Source: Candidatus Omnitrophota bacterium
GTDB taxonomy: Bacteria; Omnitrophota; Gorgyraeia; Zapsychrales; JANLHA01
Direction: 5' to 3'
DNA: 64,000 nt
Assembly (NCBI GenBank): GCA_022711395.1
Contig: JAKLFA010000005.1
Coordinates: 132,302-196,301, forward strand
Numbering within the stretch: position 1 is the stretch's first letter; every line of letters begins with the position of its first letter. This document shows, one piece after another, positions 20,119 through 30,053 of this stretch. Below the pieces are notes generated by a model. The model was given only the letters and a program-made list of their open reading frames with translations. It was not told where the DNA came from and ran no database searches. The position numbers and the translations under genes were made by a program.

Positions 20119-20201
20119 AGCTTATTAAACAACGAAGAAAATATTGCCCCTTGAGAAGGTGTTTGTTATACTTAATATGATTTCCAGTCCATACCAAAGA
20201 G

Positions 20202-20606
20202 GTGGATGTGGTCAAATTCTATAAACGGAATTTTTTCACACACATCAATCAATACCAGAAAACGCTTCTTTATTCTGTCCTTGTCCCCTGTTTTGTGGGA
20301 TGCGTTATTATTCTGTTATGTTTAGATTATCTTTATTATGATTATACCGCCTTTTTAAATCGTTATGAATACAGGCATTATAAATCAGTGATCTTGTTTT
20401 TGTTGCCTGTGCTCTCTCTGATCTTGTTCGGGGTTTCTCTTGCCATGTTCTACGCATCCAATAAAATAGTTGGTCCATATGATCGGATCGTCCGTGAAAT
20501 GGATGAAATGCTTGAAAAAGGAGAGCGGAAGGCCTTGGGTGTCCGCAAAGGGGACACGATGTTTGAAGAGCTTCTTAAGAGGGTCAATAAGTTGATCGGC
20601 CGTTGA
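20202..20606 (+). CDS. two-TM membrane protein with cytoplasmic helical tail (hypothetical)
   Basis: 134 aa; two predicted transmembrane segments; AT-rich (~35 % GC) relative to surroundings. Confidence 0.5.
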   Translation: MDVVKFYKRNFFTHINQYQKTLLYSVLVPCFVGCVIILLCLDYLYYDYTAFLNRYEYRHYKSVILFLLPVLSLILFGVSLAMFYASNKIVGPYDRIVREMDEMLEKGERKALGVRKGDTMFEELLKRVNKLIGR

Positions 20607-20712
20607 CCATTCCTCATCAATACACTGTATTATAAAAAAGGCCCCCTTTTATAATTCTCAAACCAGCGGTTTGCGGATATACTTTGGGCAAAAGATCCCG
20701 CGAGGAAAACGT

Positions 20713-21186
20713 ATGAGTGAATCTTACGAAATCTTGAGAAAAGCGGTCGAACGGGTCGGGGCCAAGAAGGTGGCCTCGAGCCTTGGACTGTCGGTTTCCC
20801 TGGTTTATAAATGGTGCCAAAAGCCACCGGATGATGAGGATTTTTTAGCCAGCGGATCGGCCAATCCACTGGACCGGATCAAGGCGATCTATGATCTGAC
20901 GGGGGAAGAAGAAATCATTGACTGGATGTGCGGGTGCGCGGGGGGGTATTTGGTCAAGGATCCGCCGTATAAAGACATCGGGGATGCCCAGATGTTCTTT
21001 CAGATCCAGGGCCTCATTAAAGAATTTTCCGAAGCGTTGGACGCGATCTCCCAGTCCTATGAGAACGGCCATCGGATCACGATTGAAGAAGCCAAACGGA
21101 TCCGTAAAGAATGGAACGATCTGAAGCGCACTGGGGAAGGTTTTGTCCGGGCCTGTGAATCCGGACAATATGATAAATCTTCGTAA
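20713..21186 (+). CDS. putative HTH DNA-binding protein (phage CII/Nlp-like motif)
   Basis: VASSLGLSVSLVYKWCQ resembles the CII/Ner HTH-S.I..W motif. Start chosen at MSESYE with RBS GAGGAAAACGTATG. Confidence 0.5.
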   Translation: MSESYEILRKAVERVGAKKVASSLGLSVSLVYKWCQKPPDDEDFLASGSANPLDRIKAIYDLTGEEEIIDWMCGCAGGYLVKDPPYKDIGDAQMFFQIQGLIKEFSEALDAISQSYENGHRITIEEAKRIRKEWNDLKRTGEGFVRACESGQYDKSS

Positions 21187-21204
21187 TGAAAGAAGGAGGA
21201 AGAC

Positions 21205-21654
21205 GTGGAGAACTTATTACATCCTGCATTGATCTGGTTCTTTGTGGGGATCGGGCTTTTCCTTTTAGAAATGGTCACGCCCGCGTTCGTTATTTTGTTT
21301 TTCGGTATCGGAGCGTGGGTGGTCAGTATTCTGCTTTTGTTCGTTAAGTTGACCATCAACTATCAGCTGGCCGTCTTCATTGTGTCATCCATTTTATCGT
21401 TGGTGGTCTTGCGAAAGATCTTTAAGAAGATCTTTTTTGGATATACCGGTCATGAGCAGAACCCGGAGCAGAATTTTGATGAATTTTCAGGGGAAAAGGC
21501 CGTTGTCAAAGAGCCGATCTCTGCCCACCATGAAGGGCGGGTCGAACTGAATGGAACGCTCTGGACCGCGGAGGCGGAAGAGGATATCGCAGCCGGCGAG
21601 ACAGTGCGGATCATTAAGAAGGAAAATTTGACACTGAAAGTGAAAAAAATTTAA
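21205..21654 (+). CDS. NfeD-family membrane protein (OB-fold C-terminus)
   Basis: 149 aa; three TM helices plus a C-terminal beta domain; immediately upstream of an SPFH gene (classical NfeD-SPFH operon). Confidence 0.8.
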   Translation: MENLLHPALIWFFVGIGLFLLEMVTPAFVILFFGIGAWVVSILLLFVKLTINYQLAVFIVSSILSLVVLRKIFKKIFFGYTGHEQNPEQNFDEFSGEKAVVKEPISAHHEGRVELNGTLWTAEAEEDIAAGETVRIIKKENLTLKVKKI

Positions 21655-21693
21655 CATCGGTCCACGGATGTTGACAGAAAGAAGGAGGGCGGT

Positions 21694-22638
21694 ATGAGTT
21701 TCGGAACAGTGATGTTGCTGGGATTGATCGGACTTGGGTTTTGGGTGTTTATTAATGTGTGCGTGGTGGTCCCGCAGAAGAGCGCTTATATCGTTCAGCG
21801 TTTCGGGAAGTATCACAAGGTTTTGGACGCCGGCCTTCATTTTTTGATCCCGTTCGCCGACAGTATCGCGTATCGGCACACACTGAAGGAGCAGGCATTG
21901 GACGTTGCGCCGCAGACCTGTATTACCAGGGACAACATTACGGTCACGGTAGACGGGATCCTTTACCTTCAGGTCATGGATGCTGGACGGGCCTCTTACG
22001 GGATCAATGATTATCAGTTCGCTTCTACCCAGATCGCCCAGACCACGATGCGCAGCATCATTGGTAAAATGGACCTGGATAAGACCTTTGAAGAAAGAGA
22101 AGCCATCAATTCAGCGATCGTTCAGGCTGTTGATAAGGCCTCTGACCCTTGGGGCGTCAAGGTGACCCGCTATGAGGTCAAGAACATTGTTCCACCGCAA
22201 AGCATCAAGGACGCGATGGAAAAACAGATGCGCGCGGAACGCGAAAAGCGCGCCATGATCGCTGAATCCGAAGGTGAAAAACAGGCCAAGATCAATCGAG
22301 CTGAAGGGCAAAAGCAGGAAACGATCGCTTATTCTGAGGCTGAGAAACAAAAACGCATCAATGAAGCGGAGGGAAGCGCCTTTGAGATCGAGAACGTTGC
22401 AAAAGCAACGGCTGAAGGGATCCGTGAAATTGCCAACGCGATCAATCAGCCGGGAGGGCGGGAAGCTGTTAATCTTCGCATTGCCGAGGAATATTTGCAG
22501 CAGTTCGGCAAACTTGCCAGTAAGAATAACACGATGATCATTCCTTCGAACCTTTCGGATATAGCCGGAGTTGTGGCCACGGCAAAAAAAGTGCTGGATG
22601 AGGCTTCCGGAAAAATGAAGGGCGAGAACATATCGTAG
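21694..22638 (+). CDS. SPFH/band-7 (stomatin/HflK/C-like) protein
   Basis: 314 aa; N-terminal TM, SPFH core, C-terminal EAE/K-rich coiled coil. Confidence 0.9.
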   Translation: MSFGTVMLLGLIGLGFWVFINVCVVVPQKSAYIVQRFGKYHKVLDAGLHFLIPFADSIAYRHTLKEQALDVAPQTCITRDNITVTVDGILYLQVMDAGRASYGINDYQFASTQIAQTTMRSIIGKMDLDKTFEEREAINSAIVQAVDKASDPWGVKVTRYEVKNIVPPQSIKDAMEKQMRAEREKRAMIAESEGEKQAKINRAEGQKQETIAYSEAEKQKRINEAEGSAFEIENVAKATAEGIREIANAINQPGGREAVNLRIAEEYLQQFGKLASKNNTMIIPSNLSDIAGVVATAKKVLDEASGKMKGENIS

Positions 22639-22663
22639 GCCAGGACGATAAAGTAAGAAAAAA

Positions 22664-22700
22664 GGGCAAAATACAGTTTCGTATTTTGCCCTTTTTTATT
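22664..22700 (+). terminator. rho-independent terminator
   Basis: perfect 11-bp stem GGGCAAAATAC/GTATTTTGCCC, 6-nt loop, then TTTTTTATTT. Confidence 0.75.
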
Positions 22701-22712
22701 TGTGCTAAAGGG

Positions 22713-22740
22713 TTGCCAACCTTCGAGAACACGATATAAT
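22713..22740 (+). promoter_or_regulatory. sigma70-like promoter (TTGCCA-N16-TATAAT) for ECF sigma operon
   Basis: near-consensus hexamers 25 nt upstream of the 22765 start. Confidence 0.45.
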
Positions 22741-22764
22741 TGAGGCAAAGAGCCGAAGGTTTCT

Positions 22765-23364
22765 ATGAATGAATCCAATTCCTATGCGTCCGATCCGGAC
22801 GTCCTTTTGATGCTTGAATTCCAAAGAGGCGACAGAGCGTCTTTCGAGAATTTGATGCGCAAGTATTACAAGCGTATCTTTAATTTTGCTCTGCGCATGC
22901 TCAGAAGCCGTGAGGCCGCGGAGGATATCGCTCAGGAGACGTTTATCCGGGTCTATCAGGCGGCCCGCGCTTATCAGCCCAAGGCCAGTTTCCGCACATG
23001 GCTTTATACGATCTCAAAGAACTTGATATTAAATGAGTTAAATAAAAACAAGAGATTTTCTTTTTCAGTCAACGAAGAGCAGGATGGCGAAGAAGGACCG
23101 GTGCCGCGTCAGTTTGAAGACACTCAAACGCCCAGCCCTTTTGAAGCCCTTTCTTCAGCAGAGCGCGCCCAAAAGGTGCGTGCGGTTATTGAAAGTTTGC
23201 CTCCGCCGCAACGCATGGCGGTCGTGCTGTATCGCTTTGAGCGTTTATCGTATGAAGAGGTCTCTGAAGCCATGGGGACATCGGTTTCGGCCGTCAAATC
23301 CTTGCTCAGCCGAGCCAGAAAGAACCTGCGGGTCAGGCTGACGAGGATCAGGAAAGAGATTTAA
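22765..23364 (+). CDS. RNA polymerase ECF-type sigma-70 factor
   Basis: 199 aa; region 2 (IAQETFIRVY) and region 4 HTH (LSYEEVSEAMGTSVSAVKSLLSRAR). Confidence 0.9.
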   Translation: MNESNSYASDPDVLLMLEFQRGDRASFENLMRKYYKRIFNFALRMLRSREAAEDIAQETFIRVYQAARAYQPKASFRTWLYTISKNLILNELNKNKRFSFSVNEEQDGEEGPVPRQFEDTQTPSPFEALSSAERAQKVRAVIESLPPPQRMAVVLYRFERLSYEEVSEAMGTSVSAVKSLLSRARKNLRVRLTRIRKEI

Positions 23365-23406
23365 CGGAACTTTTTAAAGGGTTTTATGTTATAACTGGTA
23401 GAGGCG

Positions 23407-23922
23407 GTGATTATGGATTGTAAAAACATACAAGATCAAATGCCGGTTTTTTTGACCGGGGGATTGAGTGAACAGGATAGCGCCTTGATCCAGGAACACT
23501 TGATGCGTTGTGAGGCTTGCCAAAAGGAATTGGAAGTCTATAAATTGTCCTGGAACAGTCTTAAAGACTGGGAGGATGAGGAGCCGGACCCAGCATATAT
23601 CGCCCGTTTTTGGAATCGTTTGGCGCAGAAAAAGACCTGGCATGAACAGCTGATAGGCCCGCTTGTAACAGCATGGGCTGATAAGCGTCTTGTTCCGGTA
23701 TTTGTAAGTCTTTTTTTGATCGTGTTCGTAGGGTCAGCCACGATGCGTTATGCCTGGCAGGTCCATCAAGAAGAAGCGCTGGTGACGGCCTTGAGCGCTG
23801 AAGAGATCGATTTCATCCAGAACATTGAATTGGTCGAACAGCTTGAGGTCCTGGAAGACATGGACATGTTCGAAGACATGGATGTGCTTAAAGAATTTGC
23901 TGTGCCTGAAGCAAAGACTTAG
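23407..23922 (+). CDS. anti-sigma factor (zinc-finger, single TM)
   Basis: N-terminal HLMRCEACQ...zinc-binding anti-sigma motif, one TM, acidic periplasmic tail; follows ECF sigma. Confidence 0.7.
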   Translation: MIMDCKNIQDQMPVFLTGGLSEQDSALIQEHLMRCEACQKELEVYKLSWNSLKDWEDEEPDPAYIARFWNRLAQKKTWHEQLIGPLVTAWADKRLVPVFVSLFLIVFVGSATMRYAWQVHQEEALVTALSAEEIDFIQNIELVEQLEVLEDMDMFEDMDVLKEFAVPEAKT

Positions 23923-23934
23923 AGGGGAATTGAG

Positions 23935-24447
23935 ATGCGTAAGACAGGGCATGTGATTTTTTTTATTTTATATTGGCTGGCGCTAGCCACATCGTATTCT
24001 TTGGCTGCTGAAGAGATTAAAGGGCCGGAGGAGGTTGTACAGTATGATTTTGACATTGATTCCAAGCCGGGAGTTGTCGCCGGAATGGGCGGGGAGTATC
24101 ATAATTTAAGCGACCAGCAGAAAAAGGAATTATTGATCAAGTATAGGCATTTCCGCAGTCTTTCTAAGGAAGAGCAGGAAAAACTGAAAAATAATTGGAG
24201 AAAATTCGGTGGTCTTTCTCAGGAGCAGAGAGCTCAATTGAAGATGAAGATGAAAGAATGGGAAAGCCTTTCTCCGGAAGAACGCCAGAAGATCAAGGAA
24301 CGTCATCGCCGTTTTAAGAGCATGACGGATGAAGAACGCCGTCAGTTGCGTGAGCGCCGCCGCATGTGGAAAAAGCTTTCGCCGGAAGAGCGCCAGCGCT
24401 GGCGTCGGAAGGTCCGCCAGGAATATCTTTTAAATCAGCAACAGTAG
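23935..24447 (+). CDS. DUF3106-like periplasmic repeat protein
   Basis: signal peptide; four LS.EE(R)Q(K/R) repeats (LSKEEQEKLK, LSQEQRAQLK, LSPEERQKIK, LSPEERQRWR). Confidence 0.7.
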   Translation: MRKTGHVIFFILYWLALATSYSLAAEEIKGPEEVVQYDFDIDSKPGVVAGMGGEYHNLSDQQKKELLIKYRHFRSLSKEEQEKLKNNWRKFGGLSQEQRAQLKMKMKEWESLSPEERQKIKERHRRFKSMTDEERRQLRERRRMWKKLSPEERQRWRRKVRQEYLLNQQQ

Positions 24448-24461
24448 AATTTTTAAGGTCC

Positions 24462-25412
24462 ATGCCCCATCCTTTTTCAAAACAGACGGTTGTTTGCATC
24501 GTCGGTCCGACAGCGGTCGGAAAGACCGCGGTCAGTGTTGAATTGGCTAAATCCTGCCGGGGCGAGATCGTTTCTTGCGATTCCATGCAAGTTTATCAGG
24601 AGGTCTCCATTGCCAGTAACAAACCGTCTCCCGAAGAATTGACCGTTTCGCATCATCTTTTGGACTGTGTTTCTTTGGCGGACGAATTTGATGCTGTTCA
24701 GTACCAAAGAGCGGCGGCCGCTGTGGTCGAAAATATTTTTTTCCGCGGCAACCTTCCGGTTGTTACGGGGGGTTCCGGATTGTATTTGAAGGCGCTGATC
24801 GACGGGATATTTGAAGGAGTGGAAACGGATAGGGTTATCCGCGAGGGGCTGTTATCAGAAGCGGAGGAGTCGGGGGTGGACGCGCTGTATCAACGCCTGC
24901 AAAATGTCGATCCGGAAGCCGCCTCGAGGATCCATCCGCATGATCTTCGCCGGATCATCCGCGCTTTGGAGGTCTATCAGGCCAGCGGCAGGCCGATCTC
25001 TGATTGGCAAAAGAGCGCTCAGGGAATCGGAAAGAAATATCATGTTCTTATGTTTGGGCTGACGATGGACAGGGAGCGCTTGTATGAACGCATTGATCAA
25101 CGCGTGGAAAAAATGATAGAGCAGGGGCTTTTGGATGAGGTCCGGCGACTGAAAGGTTTAAGGCTTAGCAAGACCGCTCAGGCGATCATCGGGGTTCGGG
25201 AAATGTTGGCGTATCTCAATGGAGAATGCTCTTTAAAAGATGCAAAAGAGGCGATGAAACAGAATACCCGCCGGCTTGCCAAACGTCAGATGACGTGGTT
25301 CAGGGCCGAAAAAAGGTTGAAATGGATTGATCTGGAAAAACACGATACAATACAGGATGTGGTTGAGTCCATTCTTCAACAGATTGACGAAAGCAGGCCG
25401 TATGTTCCATGA
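24462..25412 (+). CDS. miaA: tRNA dimethylallyltransferase
   Basis: P-loop GPTAVGKT and a CDSMQVYQE motif. Start chosen at MPHPF (24462), just after the upstream gene stop. Confidence 0.9.
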   Translation: MPHPFSKQTVVCIVGPTAVGKTAVSVELAKSCRGEIVSCDSMQVYQEVSIASNKPSPEELTVSHHLLDCVSLADEFDAVQYQRAAAAVVENIFFRGNLPVVTGGSGLYLKALIDGIFEGVETDRVIREGLLSEAEESGVDALYQRLQNVDPEAASRIHPHDLRRIIRALEVYQASGRPISDWQKSAQGIGKKYHVLMFGLTMDRERLYERIDQRVEKMIEQGLLDEVRRLKGLRLSKTAQAIIGVREMLAYLNGECSLKDAKEAMKQNTRRLAKRQMTWFRAEKRLKWIDLEKHDTIQDVVESILQQIDESRPYVP

Positions 25413-26682
25413 TATTCGTGCGATGAATGAAAAAGAACGAGTGCTGGTCGTTGTGGTCACGCAGAAATTTCCTAATGTCTGGACTCCGCAGGATATTGCC
25501 CAGGAAATGCGGGAACTTGTCCTGACTTGCGGCGGAGATGTTAAAGACACGATCTTTTGTTCAGTGGAGAAATTTTCGCCTTCCCATTTGATCGGGCAGG
25601 GCAAGGTGAACGAGATCTTTGTGCGCTGCGCTGCCGGCGACATCGACACGGTCATTATGAGCTATGATCTGAAGGGTGTTCAGCAGCGCAATCTTGAACA
25701 GGATTTGAAGGTCAAGGTGATCGACCGCACGCAGCTGATCCTTGATATTTTTGCCAGGCACGCATCCAGCCTGGAAGGAAAGATGCAGGTTGAACTTGCT
25801 CAGTTGGAGTATGCCCTGCCGCGTCTGACCGGTCATGGTGAGGAAATGTCGCGTTTAGGCGGCGGCATCGGGACCCTGGGGCCTGGCGAAACACAGTTGG
25901 AAACGGATCGGCGAAAGATCGGGGCGCGGATCATAACATTGAAAGAGAAATTGGCCGAGATCGTTTCCAATCGAGCCGTGAAAAGGAAAAAAAGGGAAGA
26001 CAGTTCCGTTCCTTTGATCTCCCTGGTCGGCTATACGAATGCGGGAAAATCAACCTTGCTTAATGCCCTGACCGGGGCTCATCAGGTGACGCATGACGGG
26101 CTGTTCACGACGCTGGATTCTTTGGCCAGGCAATACACTTTGCCGAACCATCAGAAAGTGGTCCTTTCTGACACGGTCGGATTCATCCATCAGCTTCCGC
26201 ACAGTTTGATCGAGGCTTTTAAGGCAACGCTGGAAGAGGTGGCGGAGGCTGATCTTCTTCTGCATGTTCTGGATATCAGTAATCCGAAATCCCGCAATCT
26301 TTATGACGCCGTAAACGAAGTCTTAAAAGAGATCGGGGCGCTTGAAAAACCAACGATCACGGTCTTGAACAAGATCGACGCTGTTGAAGACCGCGGCTGG
26401 TTTGAAGGGATCTATGGTAATATCCATAATCCGATCGTGATCTCCGCGAAGACCGGAGAAAATCTGGATGTCCTGGCGCACAAGATCCTGGAGGACCTTT
26501 CTTACATGGTCGCTGAGGTTGACGTTGTTCTTCCGATCACCCGCATGGACCTGGTCAGCCTGGCCCACCGGGAAGGGGAGGTCTTTTCGATAAAATATTA
26601 TAACAATGAGATCCATTTGCGGGCTTCACTTCCTAAACGACGAGAAGGGCTGTTCAAGAAAGCGGCATGCCGAAAACCATAA
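25402..26682 (+). CDS. hflX: GTPase HflX
   Basis: HflX N-domain plus G-domain (GYTNAGKST, DTVGF, NKID); overlaps the miaA stop. Confidence 0.9.
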   Translation: MFHDIRAMNEKERVLVVVVTQKFPNVWTPQDIAQEMRELVLTCGGDVKDTIFCSVEKFSPSHLIGQGKVNEIFVRCAAGDIDTVIMSYDLKGVQQRNLEQDLKVKVIDRTQLILDIFARHASSLEGKMQVELAQLEYALPRLTGHGEEMSRLGGGIGTLGPGETQLETDRRKIGARIITLKEKLAEIVSNRAVKRKKREDSSVPLISLVGYTNAGKSTLLNALTGAHQVTHDGLFTTLDSLARQYTLPNHQKVVLSDTVGFIHQLPHSLIEAFKATLEEVAEADLLLHVLDISNPKSRNLYDAVNEVLKEIGALEKPTITVLNKIDAVEDRGWFEGIYGNIHNPIVISAKTGENLDVLAHKILEDLSYMVAEVDVVLPITRMDLVSLAHREGEVFSIKYYNNEIHLRASLPKRREGLFKKAACRKP

Positions 26683-28919
26683 CGCGCGGTCTTATGAATC
26701 CGAAAAAATATCTGAAAGTCTTTGCCGTTGTCCTGTTGTGTGGGCTGGGGTTCGCGCTGTATTCCAACACGCTCCAATCCCCGTTTCAGTTCGATGACGT
26801 TTTTTATCTTACAGATAATTATACGGTCAAAAGTATGGTCAAGGTTCAGGATCTGTGGCGCGATCCCGATATCGCCAAGCGCTGGGTGGGGTTTCTGACG
26901 CTGGCCTGGAATTACGCACTGGGCGGCGAAAACGTTCTTGGATATCATCTGTTCAACATTTGCGTGCATATCTTCAATGCGTTGCTGGTGTATTGGTTCG
27001 CGTCCTTGCTCTTCTCCCATTCCCGCTCTCGGGAAAAGCAGGCCGGGAGATGGCATCAAAATAAAGGAATTCTGGCATTTCTTGCGGCGGCAGTTTTTTT
27101 GGCTCATCCGATCCAGACCCAGGCGGTCACCTATATCTGTCAGCGCGTCACGTCACTGGCCGCCATGTTCTATCTATTGGCAATCTGTTGTTATTGGAAA
27201 GCGCGCTTTGAAGAGCGGCGGTGCGGCGGTGCGCGGCGAACGCTTTATTTGCTGGCGGTCGCGGCCTGCGTTGTTCTGGGCTTTTTCACCAAAGAGAACG
27301 CGGTCACGATCCCGGTGATGTTGTTTATACTGGAGATCTATTTCAATCCCGATCTCAAGAAGAGAAGTCTGCTGCGAGGCGCTCTTTGCCTCTTTTTTGT
27401 TTTGATATTGGCCTATGCGGTTTATCCTTTGAGTTTCAAAAGGATCTTCGCGGCCGAACTCGCGCAGGGGATCACATGGGATAAGTATCTGATCACGCAG
27501 TTTCGGGTCATTCTTAAGTATCTGCAGCTGATGGTTTTTCCGATCGGGCAGAACCTTGATTATGATTATCCGTTATCGCACAGTTTGTTTGAGGTCCGGA
27601 CGCTGTTGAGCTTTTTCGCGGTGGCGGGGTTGTTCACGGGGGCCGTTTATTTATTCAATAAAAATCGCCTGTTGTCGTTCGGGATCATATGGTTCTTTGT
27701 CACGATCTCCGTTGAGTCCAGCATTTTTCCTTTGGGGGACCTGATCTTTGAGCATAGGCTTTATTTACCTTCTGTCGGGATCATTGTTTTCTTTTTGACG
27801 GTCTTTGCTAATTTGTGCGCGGGAAAAAGACGGACCTTGATCGCAGGTTCGTTAGTCGTTGTTGGCCTTTTATCGTACCTGGCATATCAGCGCAATCTTG
27901 TTTGGCGCAGTGAACGTTCGCTTTGGGAAGATGTTGTTAGGAAGTCTCCCATAAAATGCCGGCCCCATATCAATCTGGGGAAGGCCTATTATCAGGAGAA
28001 GCGTTATGATAAAGCACTGGAAGTGCTTAACCGCGCCGTTGAGCTTGAGCCGCGGAATTTTTTAGCGTATTTGAACCGCGGCAACGTTTACAAGGCGCTT
28101 AAAAAATATCAGAAGGCGTACGAAGATTATGAAATGGTCCGTCATTTAGAACCCGCTTACGCGCCGGCGTATTATAATTTTGGCAATTTGATGTTCGAGC
28201 AGCGCCGTTATGTGGAGGCGGAGATGCTTTATAATTCCGCAATCGGTTGGCTGCCCCAGTATGCTGCGGCTTATTTCGGGAAGGCTAATGCGCTTAAGGC
28301 GCAGAAAAAATATGATGAGGCGCTTAAGTTCTATGAGAGGGCGTTGCATTTTAAAGGCCCTGAGGCTGAGATTTATAATAACATTGCCAATACATATAAA
28401 GAAACGCGCCGTTTTGACGAGGCGGTCCAATATTACTCCAAGGCCATCCGGCTTAAGCCTGACCTTCATGAGGCCTACAATAATCGGGGCAGCATTTATC
28501 ATTTGCAGGAGCGCTATGATCTGGCGCTTTCAGATTTTTTCAGCGCCCTTAAGATCGACCCCCGGTTCGCGGTCTCATATTATAATCGCGGCAACCTGTA
28601 CGCGACATTGGCGAAATGGCCGGAGGCGATCGCGGATTATACAAAGGCGATCGAGCTGTCTAATCTGCCCGAGGCGCATTTAAACAGGGCCTTGATCTAT
28701 AAATCCCAGGGGGAGTATCAAAAAGCCATTGTGGATTTTTCGCACGTCTTGAGGTTGGCGCCGCAGTATGCCCAGGTCTATTGGCAGAGAGGGCTGTGTT
28801 ATGAAGCTCTTCAAGAGCATGCTTTGGCGCAGGAGGATTTTTTAAAGGCCAAGCATTTCGGATTTCCTGCCGATGAAGCGGTGGCGGAACACAAAACGAC
28901 CGCAGAAGACCGGCCATAA
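26667..28919 (+). CDS. PMT/DUF2723-like polytopic membrane glycosyltransferase N-domain fused to C-terminal TPR repeats
   Basis: 750 aa; ~10 TM helices in the first 420 aa, then 8-9 tandem 34-aa TPR units (AYxNxGxxY... pattern). Confidence 0.8.
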   Translation: MPKTITRGLMNPKKYLKVFAVVLLCGLGFALYSNTLQSPFQFDDVFYLTDNYTVKSMVKVQDLWRDPDIAKRWVGFLTLAWNYALGGENVLGYHLFNICVHIFNALLVYWFASLLFSHSRSREKQAGRWHQNKGILAFLAAAVFLAHPIQTQAVTYICQRVTSLAAMFYLLAICCYWKARFEERRCGGARRTLYLLAVAACVVLGFFTKENAVTIPVMLFILEIYFNPDLKKRSLLRGALCLFFVLILAYAVYPLSFKRIFAAELAQGITWDKYLITQFRVILKYLQLMVFPIGQNLDYDYPLSHSLFEVRTLLSFFAVAGLFTGAVYLFNKNRLLSFGIIWFFVTISVESSIFPLGDLIFEHRLYLPSVGIIVFFLTVFANLCAGKRRTLIAGSLVVVGLLSYLAYQRNLVWRSERSLWEDVVRKSPIKCRPHINLGKAYYQEKRYDKALEVLNRAVELEPRNFLAYLNRGNVYKALKKYQKAYEDYEMVRHLEPAYAPAYYNFGNLMFEQRRYVEAEMLYNSAIGWLPQYAAAYFGKANALKAQKKYDEALKFYERALHFKGPEAEIYNNIANTYKETRRFDEAVQYYSKAIRLKPDLHEAYNNRGSIYHLQERYDLALSDFFSALKIDPRFAVSYYNRGNLYATLAKWPEAIADYTKAIELSNLPEAHLNRALIYKSQGEYQKAIVDFSHVLRLAPQYAQVYWQRGLCYEALQEHALAQEDFLKAKHFGFPADEAVAEHKTTAEDRP

Positions 28920-28941
28920 TAAGACGCATGCCCGCATGAAA

Positions 28942-30033
28942 TTATTTTGGCAAGAGGGCTTTTATGTTTTGGATGAAGATCTGAGTGTCAAAATTCTTCG
29001 CGCGGTCCACACAGGCCCGCCGGTAGTGATCAGGATCATTTTTAAGAAGAGCGCTCATTTTCTGGATTTCTGAACGCAGGGCATCAACGGTGATCGATTC
29101 GATCAGAACACCCGTTTCGGGAGTTACGGTCTCGCGGTAGCCGCCTTCCTTGGCGGCGATCACAGGTTTGCCTGATGCCATGGCTTCCACAAGGGTCATG
29201 CCGAAATCTTCGTCCGCGGCGGTCGCGATAAAACCTTTGCAGCGGGCATAGAGCTCGATCAACTCCTCTGAGCGGACCCAGCTTTTTACTTCCACATTAG
29301 ACGGTCTTTGTTTTTGTATCTGTTCTGCGTAGGCGCGGAAATGGCGGGATTGTTCATAGCTTCCGACGATGATCAGTTTTTCTTCAGGCATCCCGCGGAA
29401 GGCTTCGATCTGAAGGTCGACCCGCTTGTGGCCGATCAGCCGGTTGACCGAGAGCCAGTAATTCGAATGTTCACGGCAATGATACCGGCTGGTCTCGACA
29501 GGAGGATGAACAATGGCTGCTTCGCGGTTAAGGTATTTCTTGACGCGCGCGGAAGTGTTGTTCGAATTGCAGGCCATCCGCTCAACATGATCGGTGTAGG
29601 AAATGTTGAGCTTGCGATTATAAGAGACCCACAGGTCGAACAGCGGGCGTTTCAATGGATGGACGATGTTGGTGCGCGTGTAATCGTAGAGGTCCCAAAT
29701 CTCCCGGATCGGAGAGTGGACATACCAAAGGTTCGGTTTGTGGATGACCGCCGCGGACATCGCCCAATCTCCAGCAATGATGAAAAAATCGTACGGCTTC
29801 TTGAGCTTTAGCCTGCGAAAACGCCAAAGGGCCATCTGCTGACGGAAAGGGGCGTTCAGAGGGACTTTTCCGATCGAACGGACCTTTGCTGGATCGAAGC
29901 CCATCCGCCGGATCTTGTCTTCGTCGACATTGGTCGTGTAAATGTCCGCGTTGAGCTCTCTGGAGAGGGTCAGCGTGACGGCTTCCGCGCCGCCGATATT
30001 GTCCATGAAGTTGTGAAAGATGGCGATGTTCAT
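28942..30033 (-). CDS. glycosyltransferase family 4 (GT-B, group 1)
   Basis: 363 aa; C-terminal EDFGMTLVEAMASGKPVIA motif characteristic of GT4. Confidence 0.85.
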   Translation of the reverse strand: MNIAIFHNFMDNIGGAEAVTLTLSRELNADIYTTNVDEDKIRRMGFDPAKVRSIGKVPLNAPFRQQMALWRFRRLKLKKPYDFFIIAGDWAMSAAVIHKPNLWYVHSPIREIWDLYDYTRTNIVHPLKRPLFDLWVSYNRKLNISYTDHVERMACNSNNTSARVKKYLNREAAIVHPPVETSRYHCREHSNYWLSVNRLIGHKRVDLQIEAFRGMPEEKLIIVGSYEQSRHFRAYAEQIQKQRPSNVEVKSWVRSEELIELYARCKGFIATAADEDFGMTLVEAMASGKPVIAAKEGGYRETVTPETGVLIESITVDALRSEIQKMSALLKNDPDHYRRACVDRAKNFDTQIFIQNIKALLPK

Positions 30034-30053
30034 TGTCGATACAATAGCGGTTG

